Positions 48,421 through 62,184 of a DNA stretch of 64,000 bases are shown here, in pieces (position 1 is the stretch's first letter; every line of letters begins with the position of its first letter). The notes under the pieces are model-generated. The model ran no database searches. It had not been told where the DNA came from and worked only from the letters and a program-made list of their open reading frames with translations. Source of the DNA: Camelus ferus (taxonomy: Eukaryota); the NCBI RefSeq assembly GCF_009834535.1, contig NC_045696.1:64606001-64670000 (forward strand). Direction: 5' to 3'. The position numbers and the translations under genes were made by a program.

Positions 48421-50058
48421 TGTATTACACTGAGCCGGGTGGCTTGCAGTCAGGAACAGTGCTGAATGAATGTAATGTTTACAAGTCATTCCTGACCTGA
48501 CCACGTTACTGAACAATGCATCAACTTGAGAGCTTGGCCAGCTGCGTCCAGCACCAGGCCCTTATCGAGTGTCTTTATGTAAATGAATTACTGAGCCTAA
48601 TTTAGGGCAGCCTCCACGTCTTCCCGTTCTGGAATCCTGGCAGCTCATCAGCTGGGATCTTAATCACAGGGTCACTTTTGTTTATTATTACAAGTCTAAC
48701 ACCAAACTGCCAGGCTAATAGTAGGTGCCTGTGTTTTCTGTGGACTGAATCAGTGCAAGAACTTGCTTCCTTATGGGCTTGAGAGCCGAGAGACCCGCAG
48801 AGCGCACTGAAGAGAACTCCGTCGTTTATACACGTACGCGCTGCAGCTAGAGGAGAAGCCGCAAGTCGCGCTGTGAGCCCGAGCGTGTCTGTCTGGGCTG
48901 TTCCCATGCCTCTCACGTCCCTGCTGGGTTTCCTGCTGTGCCGTCGCCTGTCTTTTCTGCGGCTGAGTCTCCTTCTGTCTGCACCAGAGGGCTCACCTCA
49001 CGGTCTGCCCTCTGGCTCCCGCCATGTCATGACCTGAATAAGCCCTGCAGTCACTTCCTCGTCTCAATGATTTCTTCACTTCCCTTTGCTACCACCACCT
49101 CCCAACCAAGGGCCACCCCCTCCTGCTCTACCGCCTGACTCCATGTGGCCCACAGCCCCTCGAGCACCTCGTCAGCCTGGGCCCCGGGCAGAGTCTCTTG
49201 TCCCCTTTGCACCGTCTCCTGCTGCAGCAGTCACCACCTTTCTGGCCCTGTTTTGTTCCTGGTTGTGGCCTGAGTTTCATCAATCTTGCTCCCTCTAATT
49301 CTTTGTCTGACAGACTTGAAGCAGTGATGCTTACTTCCAGATTTTGCTGAGGGTCCAACAAAATCCCTCCCCTGCTGTATCTCTACTGCTGCCTTTTAAA
49401 AACTGCTTTATTAGCACGGAGGGAATGGGGCATGTGGATGAGCTATTTTTTAATCTATTGACGGAAGAAGCCCACAATACAGGAATCTTTTGCCAACCCA
49501 GGGGCCACAGTAAAGGCTTGTTTCTGCTACTTCCGTCTTTTAAATTGCGAGGTTTTACTAGCACACGTTCACCTGGTGGCAAAGGGAATGGGAGGGAGAA
49601 TTTTATGCTCCTCTAGCTCAGGAGGAGTTACTCTCTGGTCCCCCAGTATTTCATTACTGTATGGAGAGACCCCATACAGAACAGTAATGGTTTAGAAGCT
49701 TTAGAACAATAAGGTGTTTGGCCATTAGTTCTGATTCCTGGCTGTGGTGGTGGGATTGGGGTGAGAGCTGGGGTGAGCTCTTGTATGAGAAGGTGAATCC
49801 ACATCTCTGTGATCTGAAGATGCAGCAGAACTGTTTATCTTATGAGGCAAGTCCAGATTTTCTGCTTGTCTTTCCCTGCCCCACCATGCGCATGCCACCC
49901 TCCAGCCTTACCCAGCTGCTCGTGTCGCCGTGCAAGTCTGACCTTCCGTGCTGCCTTTATTTCCTCTATGCCCTTACTTTACCAGGATGCTGCTTAGTTT
50001 TCTTCATATTTCTTTTGTACTTAAAATACTTGCCGCTCTCCAAAGCTGGGATCTAGAT

Positions 50059-50465
50059 CAGTGCTTCTCAGAAGTGGTCCCCAATCCTGCAGCATTAGCT
50101 TCATGTGGAATTTACTAAGAGTGCAAATCTCTTTGCATATATTAACTACTATATATAAAATAGATGAACAACAAGTTTCTTCTGTATAGCACAGGGAACT
50201 ATATTCAATATCTTGTAATAACTTACAGTGAAAAAGAATATGAAAATGAACATATGTGTATGTTCGTGTATGACTGAAGCATTATGCTGGGCACCAGAAA
50301 TTGACACATTGTAAACTGACTTTACTTCAATTAAAAAAGAAAAGGAAAAAAAGAGTACAGCTCTCAGGCTCCACCCTAGACCTCCTGAATCAGAAACTGG
50401 ATTCTGTGCTTCAGTAAGCCCTCCAGCCAATGCTGAGGTACACTCGAGTCTGAGGATCTCTGCTC
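50059..50465. mobile_element. MER5A MITE split by an L1 insertion
   Basis: cagtgcttctcagaagtggtcccc...[L1]...ctcaggctccaccctagacctcctgaatcagaaact. Confidence 0.8.
50132..50350 (+). mobile_element. 5'-truncated lineage-specific L1 3' end
   Basis: ctgtatagcacagggaactatattcaatatcttg...ccagaaattgacacattgtaaactgac plus A-rich tail; decayed 15-nt TSD aagagtgcaaatctc (50117-50131) / aagagtacagctctc (50351-50365). Confidence 0.9.
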
Positions 50466-51029
50466 TGGAGTGAATTCCACGCCTTCCCCATTCCCCAGTG
50501 AGCACTGCAAAAGGTCCTGTTACAGTGGATGTAAGAGGTTGGGCCTGGGCTGGCTTTCAGGAAGGCCCCAGAATTCTGTATCATGCCATGGAACTGACCC
50601 TATTTTAATTTATTTCATAAACGGTTGTGGAGAAAACCTTACTAAATGCAAGCAAATATGGTGGGCTTTGAGGAAATTCCACACATGACTCAGTCGTGAA
50701 TTTTGCACATATATGAACTGCAGGGGAAGGAGGGAGGTTTAAGGTTTGCTAACAACTATGCAGAAATTGTCAAGTGATCTAAGAGGAGCTGAGACAGTTG
50801 AGTGGCGGGAAATAACGTTTCTTGGTTAGGGCATGGGGACATGGATGAGTCTGAGTCATTTAAGAATGATCATTAAGTTCAGGTAATGAGAGGACAAGGT
50901 TCGTCCCTGACCTCGGAAAGCTCACTAGGTGGGGGAGAAAGATGCAAGCACAGTTGTGGCTACCGGCATGAGAAGCATTCTAGGCTGGAGTCGGTGTGAG
51001 CTCTGCAGCCAGCTTGGCGTCACGTGCTG

Positions 51030-51240
51030 CACCTGCCATTTCCCAGCTGTGTGATTCTGGGCAGTGTAACCATTCTGTCTCTGCCCCGGTTCCCTCACCT
51101 GTGATGGGGAGTAATGGAAGGACGCACAAGGTAGTGAAGACTAGCACCCCCTGATCGGGGATAACAGATGACAGGCTCTGGGAACATTTAGCCTGGCACA
51201 TAGGGAGAGCTCTGTAGGTGTTACTGGTGTTGTCACTCAG
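51030..51240 (+). mobile_element. MIR SINE
   Basis: ctgccatttcccagctgtgtgattctgggcag...gttccctcacctgtgatgggg...gcctggcacatag. Confidence 0.75.
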
Positions 51241-52334
51241 TATTGTGATAGCGACTCATTTAACTCACCCGGAAGTGGGTGTTCTGTGGGGTTAAGTGCT
51301 CTTATGCTGCTTTACACGTAGTGGACTTGCTCTAGGAAGCACAGAGGCAGTAGGCCCAGCTAGGCTCTGGGGATTACTTTGTATTGGTCAAGAACAGCGC
51401 CTGGACATACTGGATCAGGAAATGAGTCCGATGGCTGTTGGAGTCTCCGTCAGTCTGTTTCAAATTTACAGGCTAGTCTTGCCCAATTCAGGACTTCCAA
51501 TGCCAGGCAGCCCACTCACAGGTACAACCTTTGTGTAAAATACAAAACATGCTAGAAGCTGTCTTTTGCATCACCCACAGGCCCCTGAGAGGGGCAGCTT
51601 GCACTGAAAAATACAGAGAGAGGAAGGTCACATTGCATTCCCGTTGGATGCCAAGGCATTCTGCTCAGGCACAGACCAAATGGCTTTTTTTCAATTTCCG
51701 AATTTAGAGTTTCCTATTCTTTGAAGTCATTTGCATCTTCCTGTTAGAAGAAAAGGGGAAAAAAAACCAATGTACTGAACTAGCTAGTTAAATGATTAAA
51801 AAATATTGGTCATTGAAGCAATTGGAAATACAGCTCAAAGAGAAGGGAGTTCTCTGTGTGCGTGTGTGAAATGCCCTTGGCCAGCGCTTTCCTGTGCAAT
51901 CACTGCACGTCCTAGAGTTTGCCTGCTACAACTTCTCTGGCCTAGCATTCGGCAGAGGTGAGATAAGGAATGGAGAGGAGGAGGGAAGTGATCTCAGTCC
52001 TGAAGTTCACAAGGTGTTATAAACACTAGGCTCAGGGTGGCCTACAGATCAAGGCTCAGTCAACTGAGTGCGGGAGCTGAGGGAGTTGTGCGCTGATGGT
52101 CAAGAGGGTTATAGTTTGAAAGGTGAGGAAGCAATGAGACCATATTTGCAACAGTATCTTTCACGTGCGTGTTGGGGTAGTGGGCTTTCCATACTATACA
52201 AAGTCAAACAATCTCTGTGGCACGTGTTTGGGCTGGGGTCGGAGGACGGCCTGTCACTACGGACGGAGCAAATCCAGACTGTGGCCCCGGGGCTTGTTAG
52301 ACACTGGAGAAACACTGTGTGTCTACTCAGACGT

Positions 52335-52740
52335 TGTATTAGTTTGTTAGGGATGCTCTAACTAAATACAACATGTTGAGTGTCCCAGCTCTGGAGACCA
52401 GAAGTCCGAAGGTCTGGGTGTCAGCAGAGTTGGTTCCTTCTGAGGGCTGTGAAAGAAGGCTGCTATGTGCCTCTCCCCTAAGCTTTGGGTGGCTTGTTGG
52501 TGGTCTTTGCTGTTCCTTGGTGTGTAGAAGTCTCACCCCATCTTCGCGTGGTATCCCCCGTGATACACGTCTGTCTCCAGTTTTCCTGGGTTATGTTGGA
52601 TTACAGCTCATCCTCATGACCTCCTTTAGTTTGACAACCTTTGTAAACATCTCATCTACAAACCTGGTTACCTTTTAAGGTACTGGGGAAGTCAGGACTG
52701 CAGCACACAAATTATGAGGAAACACGCTGCCACCCACACA
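52335..52740 (-). mobile_element. MaLR solo LTR, MLT1C-like
   Basis: tgtattagtttgttaggg...tctggagaccagaagtcc...ggtgtcagcagagttggttccttctgagggctgtga. Confidence 0.8.
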
Positions 52741-55700
52741 CTCAGGTGTAATGAACCCACTCTAATTCAGTCCCATGTACTATTGGGTGGGGAGAGCCAT
52801 GGACGATGGAACAGGAAGCCAGAGGGGATACTGGCTCTACCTCCAGCATGCAGCGTGACTCAGACACACGGAGTCTGAGGCCCCTTTCCCCGCTGTGAGG
52901 AGAGGGCTGGTGGTGTTCTCTTAGATCTTGTCTCGAGTCTTTAGGACTAGTCTGCACATCTCTCTGAAGTTGTCCTGGCCTGTCTAGGAGGTCTTAGCTG
53001 GTGCATAGCATCACACTTACCCTTTTGGCTTCTAGTGATATGAGCCAGGCCAGGGACTGCCCCGACAGAGGCTTACAAGCACTTAGGACCACAGAGGAGG
53101 AAGAACTTATGCTTTTATTAGAACTTAGATTACTTTTATAATCTTCAGATTTTGTGGATGTTTGATGGGTTTCCAGCAACGCCTTCATCATCCTCTACAT
53201 TCTCCATATGAACAGGCTTTGTCAAAAATGTAACCTCTTCAGTCTGACATTACCTAGGATAATGTCATTCTGAACAAGCCTGACCACCTGAGGTAGTGTC
53301 TTGGGTTTAGGAACCCACTATGGACACTCCTGGATGTCACCAAATCTTCACAACTGATGCAAATGGTGAGCCACACTGCACGAACCTGAGTTGTTTTTAT
53401 TGACCTGCTCAGCCATTCTTGAGTGCCCATGAAGCACACCTGGAGAAGGTTAAATTTTAAGCATTTTAAGTAATCTGTTCTGTATGTACATATGACCTTT
53501 ACATTCTTGATTTGTTTTTTACTGTTTTGTGTATACTGTATCAGAGCATGCATTTCAAGTATTGTAAATTTAGTATCTATGTGTCTTGGGCAAGATGCTT
53601 CACCTGTCTGAGCACCAGAGTCCTTATCTATAAAATAGGCATAAAAATCTCCGTTGTGTCCCCTTCTTAGGATTGTGAACATGGATCAGCTGAAATGGTG
53701 GATAATGACCAAGGGTGGATGGAGAGACCATCTGTCCCTGTTTATGTCTGTTGTCTTGGGGTAGTGACTAATAGCATCTCTTTGTATTCCCCAGAATGTC
53801 TGTTTGCATAATGAATTATATGATCATCGTATAAAATAATGAACATGAAGATTCTTGGTTTTATCATTCATGTCACTGTATAGATGATCTTAAATTGCAG
53901 TACTTAAATAATCTCATTTAAAAATTTTTTTAAAAATACTTTTCCTTCTTCTCACTGTGCAGGACAGAATAACCAACTTAACATGAGCTCTGTACACCCA
54001 GATGCTTTCATGTAATTGATGTCAGGAGCCACGGGGTGCCCCTGGTGGACCCTGCTGCTACTTTGCCCCAGGACCATCCCAGGCCCCGCCAGCACTCAAG
54101 CTGTCCACAGACTTCAGCCCCTCAACTAATTTCCCCCTACCAATTACTCTACCCCTGGGACACAGAAAGATACTGTTTTTCCTGGTTTACCCTTTCTTTT
54201 CTGCCCCTAAAGACAAGTACTCAGGCCCTGTCCATTTTGAGGATAAAATCCCTGAATACACTGGTAGACAGATGGTGATGAAGAGAATAAAAATGTGGGA
54301 AGGCTGCAAAGCTTAAGAAAGGATAAGATGTTCTAATAAAGTCCCTGGTCTCTATTTCTCTATTCTCTTTCTATGACAGTAACTGCAAACCCCATTGGGC
54401 TTCTCCCTTCTGCATTTGTGCCTAAGGCTGGAACACACCACAGTTCTTTTTTCCTTAGACTCCATTTGCTCCTTTGGGAAAAGCATGCCTCCCTCAATGT
54501 CTTGTCTCTCAACCAATTGCTGACTAACAGGTTATAGCCTTTCCTTGAAGGAGAATTTGCATCTGTTTGAGGATTTACAGACTGGAGGAAACTCATTTAA
54601 CAAGGACTTTTATTCATCTCGTCGCGTATTTCTTATTACTATTATCACTAAAACTTTTAGCAGTGGATGGAAAGCCAATTAGGGATCACAAATTCTACTG
54701 CACCTCCCCACCATGGTACCGCTGAAGAAAATGGAAGCTCAGAGATTAGTAACTATCCATTTATCACGGAGTGGGCCACATGCTAGGGCTAAAGGCTTAA
54801 TATTTCATCCTAACATACTACTCACAGTCATTTATTTATCACTTTGTTTTTCTACGATGTATTAGATATAATGAGTGTTGGCCAATGAACGATGAAATTC
54901 TAGACGGATTGTATAATTTCTAAACACGTGTCGCAAATGTTTAGCCTCTTCCTTCCGTGGGCCAGACTTTGGCGTCAACACTTTTGACCTTCCTGAAGTT
55001 TTGATTATTTACAACACAACTGGCCACAGTCTACAGCATGTAATAATTTGTCATGTAATGATTATGTAACTATCATGTAATAATTATGATGTGTAATAAT
55101 TTGTCATGAGGACGATAGCTACTACTTAGGTTGTTCTAGGGATTAAATGAGATAGGGCGTGAAGAAGCCTGAGCATGAATGCGAATTACTCGGGCTGCAA
55201 AGCTGGGAGGAGGAGTGATTACTTAGGGAGAGAACCTAGTCATGAGACACCCAGCACTGACATTGAATGAGCTGGACTCTAGGATTGGGTGATTTGGAAA
55301 GGTCTGTGGATATAGTCTTCATGAATATAGGAGGTCTTCTGTAGTTCTATGTAGGCAATAGCATTCTTTGCATTTTTCTTGTTAACACAATAGCCCTCTT
55401 TGTGGTTGTCCCCTTTCTGGGGTTCCTCTAGGCGACCTGCTGGTGCGACCATGTTACCTGCTGAGAGTAAATCAGTGATGAGAACGCCTCCACGTGTTCA
55501 GGAGGTGAATCGCCCGGATTTACTCATTTCATGGACCAAAACTACCCGTATAATTGTCCATTCTCTATCAAGGCCTGATTCAGACATCACCCTCCCCCAG
55601 CCAGAGCCTTCAGCTTGAGGTGATGACTCCTCTAAACTATGGCATCTGTACCTCTCACATGCATGCATGCCTCTTACTACTTTTTGTGTTATGCTCTAGT

Positions 55701-57299
55701 CTGTATCTTATTTTTCTCTGTGTCTCCCAGTGTGCCTTGCACAGAATCTGACACATGTTAAGAGCTCTTGAAACTGACTTGAGCAGGGGGATAGGGCGAT
55801 GGAACTCCGTGGATCAGGGCCAGACCTTTTACTCTTCGTGGAACACTTCCAGCTCTTCTTCTCAGTGCCAAGGATTCTGAACTTCATTTTTGTACCTGAG
55901 CTGCTTATTTCTATGGCCTTGATGGATTCCTTGGCAGCAACTTGGTGGCAGAGAGACTCAGAAATATTTATGGAAATTTAAGCAAACTGATTAATAAAGG
56001 AGGCAAAAAGAAGCCCACACAGTCTTCTCTTGTGCTCTGTTTCTTTTAAAGAAGCCTGTTTGTGTTATCACTTCAGCAGTTTGGTAAACAACTGTGCCTT
56101 CTCACTGATCTGTCCTGTTGTGCTTGCGGTGGTAAAATGTGATGATTAGTCATGGATAAAAGCTGTATGCATCTTTCCAAGCTGCTTAACGATATGTATG
56201 CAGGACTTTGAGGTAAATAGAGATGAGTGCATGAGTATCTGCTTGGAGTGACAATTTTAATGTGTTCACCAACTTGGAATTTTCAGGTTTGCTCATACCA
56301 AATTAAAAAAAAAAAGTTCTGACACTAGTAATTTTATTTTTTTATTTTTATTTTTTTTTGGCAGCAGGAAGAACCCAATTTTTCAAAACTTCTGTAAAAA
56401 ATCCAGAGCTGTCTTCAGAGTGGTTGGTCTGGGAGGTGTGTGCTGGGAATGTTGCCTCTCTACATCTTCTCCCACCCGGTCCTAGGCCCTTCTCACAGCT
56501 CTGGGGCTCTGGTGGACGCAGAACACTTCCATGTCCTTTCTGTCATTATCATACTCATGCAGTTTGTTAAAAAAGACTGTTGGACTAGAAGTCAAGAAAG
56601 ATTGATTCTAGTTCTGGTTTGACCATTAACTTGCTACAACATTGAGTAAGCCAAACTCTTTCCCTGGGTCTCAATTTCTTCATGGGTGAAATAAAGGAAT
56701 TTGTCCATAGGAGCTCCATGGTATGGTCACCTAAGGATTGACAGGTTTTTTTTTTAGTCTAGCTTGTAATGAAAAGTTATTTATTCCATTAAAGTTAACA
56801 TAAAATCACAAGATTTTAGCACTAGGTATGGGCTTGGTCAGCTACAGTTTTCTTACATGATCTTGGAATTTTATTTCTTTTTGTTGGCCAAGATACTTCA
56901 CTAAATGCCTCCACTTCACAATAGCCTTCAGCTTCTCACCTAACTGGAGGAACATTTCTAATCTGTAAGGGCTATCCGATTCAACATCTACTGTGATCTT
57001 TATAGGAAGTGTGTGGAGTATGAGGGAGTGTATTTCATGTCTGTTTTGCCAGAAAGGGTTAAAGTCACCCGACTGGCTCCAAGTCACACAGCTGGTAAGT
57101 GATGGTGGTTTTTTCCACCTGCTCATCCAATGCCTTTTTGCTAGATATTGGGTATTTTGACCTCTTAGGTAACTGATGGTTAGAGAACATAACTAATCCA
57201 TGGAATTTCCATTGAAAGCCTCATGAACTTTTTGTCTTTAAAGACTGACTTCTACAAATCCTGTTTTCCTAATCCAGAAGGAAGAAAGAGTGGAGCATA

Positions 57300-57960
57300 T
57301 CATCTCTGAAAAGTCTCTTAACCATTCACCTGGTCCCCTGACTGCCACTCCTGTCTCCTCCAATACATCTTCTACACTGCAACCAGGGACATTTTCCCCA
57401 AAGCACAAAAATAATCCTATTACTCTCCTTTAGTGTTTTCCAACTGTCTTCCTCGAAGCTCTCTCAATTCCTTCACTTGGTGTATAAACCATTCATAGTC
57501 TGGCCTGTACTTCCTCAACAGCCCCCTCCCCTTTCCCATTTCCATGCTGTCCATTCATTTGCTCAGAGCTGACTTTTACACCCACGATATTCCAGTTTTC
57601 ACGCTAGGATGGAGATGAAAGGTGATAAATGAGATAGAGCTAGGTGATGCCCTGTCTGAGATAACCATCTGCCGTCAAGCTGAGCCGAATGTCATGTGTT
57701 TGACACTGCACATCTCAGATTGCCCTCCCGTTTCACCGCTCCTCCTCCGACCTGGAAAACATCTACTCATCCTCAGAATTCAATCTTTATCACCTCTATG
57801 ATACCTCAAGGAGAATTGAACCAAACTATCCTTTTGGCCCCCATTGTACTTTGTACATGAAAGCACCCATGACACTTTAACCATGTTCATTGGTGTACTC
57901 GACTGCAGACACCTCGAAGGTAGGAAATTCAATAAATATTTATTTAGTGCTTTAGCAGTT
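57300..57960 (+). mobile_element. L2 LINE fragments
   Basis: ccaatacatcttctacactgcaaccagg...; catctactcatcctcag...; ttcaataaatatttattta. Interrupted; limits approximate. Confidence 0.5.
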
Positions 57961-59443
57961 GTGAGTCAAAGTACTGCACAATCAAAAAACCTCTGCCCAG
58001 GTATGCAAGACCACTTACTGTACTTATACTAATTTTAGAAAAGTTGATCTGCCTGTAGATATATCCCAGCGATATATCCTTTGTGTTAGATCATTTGCCA
58101 TTTCAGCAAAGTATGTGAGACTCTTGACGGATACTGTTGGCTTCACGTAGCCTTCACAGAACAGCAGAAAGTGGCAGCTACCGGATGGGTGAACCAGGGC
58201 CTTGTGTACGCTGCAGCCATTTATTTACGTTGTACATTGACCTTCGTATGGCAGACATACAAATGAGGAACTATCTAGATATGGGCTGTGCTTTTTGCCC
58301 AAATTAGGCTATTTTAGATCATCTACTATTATGTTATTTAAGAAAAATGAACATTTACATACAATTCTAGCTTCATTAGAAATGTAAGCTTTATTTTTAG
58401 AATTTTAAAAATTGCTGATTTTTATAAAACAGCAAACCTAAATACAAGAGGAAAAGATGAAAATGCTAGTATTAAAAAAAAAAACTAAAAATTTAATTCT
58501 GACCAGGATTGCTTCTAAACTATTGTTTGTGCATATTATTCAATGAATCTGTACAAACCTACCTACCTTCCATTTTGCAAAGTACAGCAGAAAACTTGAT
58601 AGCAAATGAAGATATGATCACTAGTGTTGAGACCCATGCTGTGGATTCCTGCATTTCTAATAGGTGTTCTACTCTGAACTTAATCCCTACATACACCTTG
58701 TGTACTCAGTTGAGATAACCTTTTCTGTTACCCTCCAGACACAGGCCCAAAGTCACCTCCTTTAAATGCCTTCCTAGTTAACCCCATCCATCTTTAATGC
58801 ATCCACATCTCCTTAGAACCTGGGGCACTTTTTGGAATTCTCTTCATTTCTGCTGGTTTGCGTGTTTGATGTGTTTGCCTTCTGTCTTGTTTTCCTGCTT
58901 ATTCAGTCAGTTTTTTCACACTCCAGCAGAGTGAGATCTGTCATGCATCCATCTGTCTGTCTGCCTTCCCTTATTCTCAGACTAAATTATGTCCTCCCCC
59001 CCAGTAATTCTTCAAACTAATCAAGATTTATACTCTTATATTTAAATATTGTATTTATTTGATTTATTCCTAACTCCTTGCTGGATTATGAGGTCCATGT
59101 GAGGAAGTTATGTGTCTTTTCTGTTCACAGCTGGTGCCAAGATAACATCTGTTAAATAATAGTTATTATTAAATGTATTATAGAAAATTTGGAAAATTCA
59201 AATGCACATAAAGAATAGGGGAAAAATCAGCTAATGGCTAATAAGTATCAAATAACCAAAGTAACATTTTTGCTATGTATTCAAATTCTATGTACATATG
59301 TATCAGTGTTTGTTAAAAAAGGAGTTATACACTATATAATATTTTACTTTTTATGCATCATATCATGATCTTTTTATTAAGTCACCATGAGTTATTTACA
59401 TTATCATTAAAAATCTTGTCTTTAAAAATTATCCATATGTCCT

Positions 59444-60287
59444 CAGTTCTCAAACTCTTTAGACTTCAGAATTACTGAGGATTCCAGTGAGGTTTGTTTG
59501 AGTTGTTATCTATTCATATTTACCTTGTTAGAAGTTAAAACTGAGAAATTTGAAAGAAGTAATTAACTCATTAAAAATAAGTAATAAAAATAAATGACTG
59601 TATATTCATTTCAGCAACATATTTTTATTAAAAGAAGTATATTTATCAAATCAAAAATGTTGGTATGGAGAATAACGTTGTTTTATATTTTTGCAAACTC
59701 TTAATGTCTGACTTAATGGATGACAGCTGGGTTCTCATATCTGCTTCTATATTCAATCTGTGGCAGATACTCTTTTGGTCAAAGTATATTTGGAAAATTC
59801 AGCCTCACACAGATATATCATTGGAAAATGGAAAAATATTTTAATAGTTCTTTCAAATAATTGTGGATAGTCTTTCTTAACACTATATCAGAACTCAAAT
59901 AGTGATGTTTTCTTAAAGGTTAATTTCAGCAGGGAATTTGAAGTCATGCCCAGGGAACTGTTTATACTCTTTTGCATTGCTCTGTCTTCCATTTTGAATG
60001 GATCTCTTACCCATGCATTATGTCTTACATACCTAATGGCTACATCAGTCATTTGGAAAATACTGGTTCACTGAGTAATGAAGATCTTCCAACTGTTGAC
60101 ATAGTTCATTATACCATGTCATCATATGTCACAGTGGAGCCTCTAGAAAACACATTATCATAGGGATTGATAATGAAAAGGGCAAATAATACCTTAATAT
60201 TATTGCAGAAACTGTTTTGACTTTTCAGACCCCCTGGAAAGATTCCAGGGACTTCTGGGATTCTCTGGACCACATTTTAAGAGTTGT
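59444..60287 (-). mobile_element. hAT Charlie1-family deletion derivative
   Basis: Left terminus gttctcaaactc...aattactgagga; right terminus gaaaagggcaaataataccttaatattattg...ttttgac...gacccc...ggaccacatttt, matching recalled Charlie1 ends. Confidence 0.75.
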
Positions 60288-60565
60288 AGCAATCTATCAG
60301 ATTCATGTCAGTATTTAACTCTGGAAAATTCTCAGCAGTTTTAACATTGCTTCTCTTTTATCAATTTTGGGAATACCTATTGTATATACTAGAGCATGCT
60401 TCTCTGTTTTGCATTTTCTGTTATACTAATTCTGAATTCTATTTCAGCAATGCTAAATTCTACCGTAACTTGAATACTATTCAAGCTCAACTACTGAGTT
60501 TTTATTTTATTTTAAAGATTTCATCTTTTTTTCTTTGCCTATTCTTGTTTCCTAACTGCCCATTC

Positions 60566-61035
60566 TTTTTTTTTTTTTTTTTTTTGAGTTATAGTCAGTT
60601 TACAATGTTGTGTCAATTTCTGGTGTACAGCACAATTTTTCAGTCATACATGAATATACATATATTTATTTTCACATTCTTTTTCCCCATGAGGTACTAC
60701 AAGATCTTGAATATATTTCCCTGTGCTATACAATATAAACTTGCTCATCTATTCTATATATACCTGTCGGTATCTACAAATCTCGAACTCCCTGTCTGTC
60801 CCTATCCACCACCCTTCCCCCAACAACCACAAGTTTGCATTCTATGTCTACAAGTCTGTTTCTGTTTTATATTTAAGTTCATTTGTCTTCTTTTTTTCAG
60901 ATTTCACATATGAGTGGTCTCATATGATATTTTTCTTTCTCTTTCTGGCTTACTTCACTTAGAATGACATTCTCCAGGAGCATCCATGTTGCTGCAAATG
61001 GCATTATGTTGTCGGTTTTTATGGCTGGGTAGTAT
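60566..61035 (-). mobile_element. Lineage-specific L1 3' end (ORF2 C-terminus, 3' UTR and poly(A))
   Basis: T20 tail at 60566-60585, then gagttatagtcagtttacaatgttgtgtc...ggcttacttcacttagaatgacattctccaggagcatccatgttgctgcaaatggc. Confidence 0.92.
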
Positions 61036-61036
61036 C

Positions 61037-61169
61037 TTTATTTTTATTTTTATTCTTTTAGTGGGGGAGGTAATTAGATTTTTATTTATTTTAATGGAGG
61101 TACTGGGGATTGAACCAGGACCTTGTGCATGCTAGCATGCACCCTGCCCCCGAGCTGTACCCTACCTCC
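61037..61169 (-). mobile_element. tRNA-derived camelid SINE (vic-1 type)
   Basis: The reverse strand reads gggtacagctc...catgctagcatgcacaaggtcctggttcaatccccagtacctcc (A/B-box-like head) followed by an A-rich tail. Confidence 0.8.
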
Positions 61170-61954
61170 TACAACTCCCTGTTCTTATTTCATAAATGTC
61201 AGTTCTTATATCATGATTATTAATCTTTTTTAAATCTCTGATGATTTTAATACTACTTTTTAAAACTCTTAATCAGATTTATCTATTTTCTCTATTTTAT
61301 GGGTATGATATCCTGTTTGTTGGGTCAGATTATTCTATATCACGTTGCTAGGCTTTTTCATGTGCTTTAAAATTCTTATTTGAGATATTTTCTCCTTTCT
61401 GGGAGTTTCTCTCCAGTTCTGTAGGGGAGTTTTGCATTTTCTTGGATCTGGGTTCTACAGAATGCACAATTCCAAATCATGTCTTAACAACAGAAACTTA
61501 GTTTCTGTTTGAGTTTGAGTTTCTCCTTTGGGGAGAGTGCAATTCCAGGTCTTGCATCTTTGAGTCACACAGACACAGATCCCCTTTTTACATGGATATT
61601 TCTGCTGCTTCCCACAGAGTGGCCCTAGGAGAGCGGGAAGACATTTTCCATCTGTTTTTTTTTTTTTTTTTTTTTTTTTTTGCAGATGGGCAATATATTC
61701 CCGGCTTCTGGATTCATTTGGGGAGTCCAGCTCTGTCCCTCCTACCATGCATTGGTCATATTTGTTCCCCACTGCATGTTCACATTAGGATTCCTGACCC
61801 AATGTCTGTATCTGTTCCCAATCCCATATGGACTAGTAGCTTTGTCCCTAATTATTACTATGGATTACCTCTTTCTGTCATGCAGAATTTTTCCGTTGTT
61901 TTTTTGAGAGGATTCTGTTTCAATTACACATGATTTATCTTTTCATTTCTTTTT

Positions 61955-62184
61955 TTTTTTTTAACATTTTTTATTGAGTTATGGTCATTTTACAATGTTG
62001 TATCAAATTCCAGTGTAGAGCACAATTTTTCAGTTATACATGAACATACATACATTCATTGTCACATTTCTTTTTCACTGTGAGCTACCACAGGATCTTG
62101 TATATATTTCCCTGTGCTATACAGTATAATCTTGTTTATCTGTTCTACAATTTTGAAATCCCAGTCTGTCCCTTCCCACCCTGG
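61955..62184 (-). mobile_element. Young 5'-truncated L1 3' end
   Basis: Perfect 17-nt flanks TCTTTTCATTTCTTTTT (61938-61954 and 62185-62201); tail aacattttttattga shared with the 27.9 kb copy. Confidence 0.92.

Noticed and set aside
49569..49582. CTCF-like TCACCTGGTGGCA
   Set aside because: Two mismatches in the core consensus; cannot be supported without ChIP data.
53254..53682. 142-aa minus-strand ORF
   Set aside because: Begins in a MIR-like fragment; no recognisable domain.
60305..60913. Longest ORF in the track (202 aa)
   Set aside because: F/L/I-rich read-through of a poly(T) tract and the antisense strand of L1/HAL1-like sequence; no protein-like features.
61090..61169. tRNA-like sequence with A/B-box-like motifs
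   Set aside because: It is the decayed head of a tRNA-derived SINE with body and tail, not a tRNA gene.
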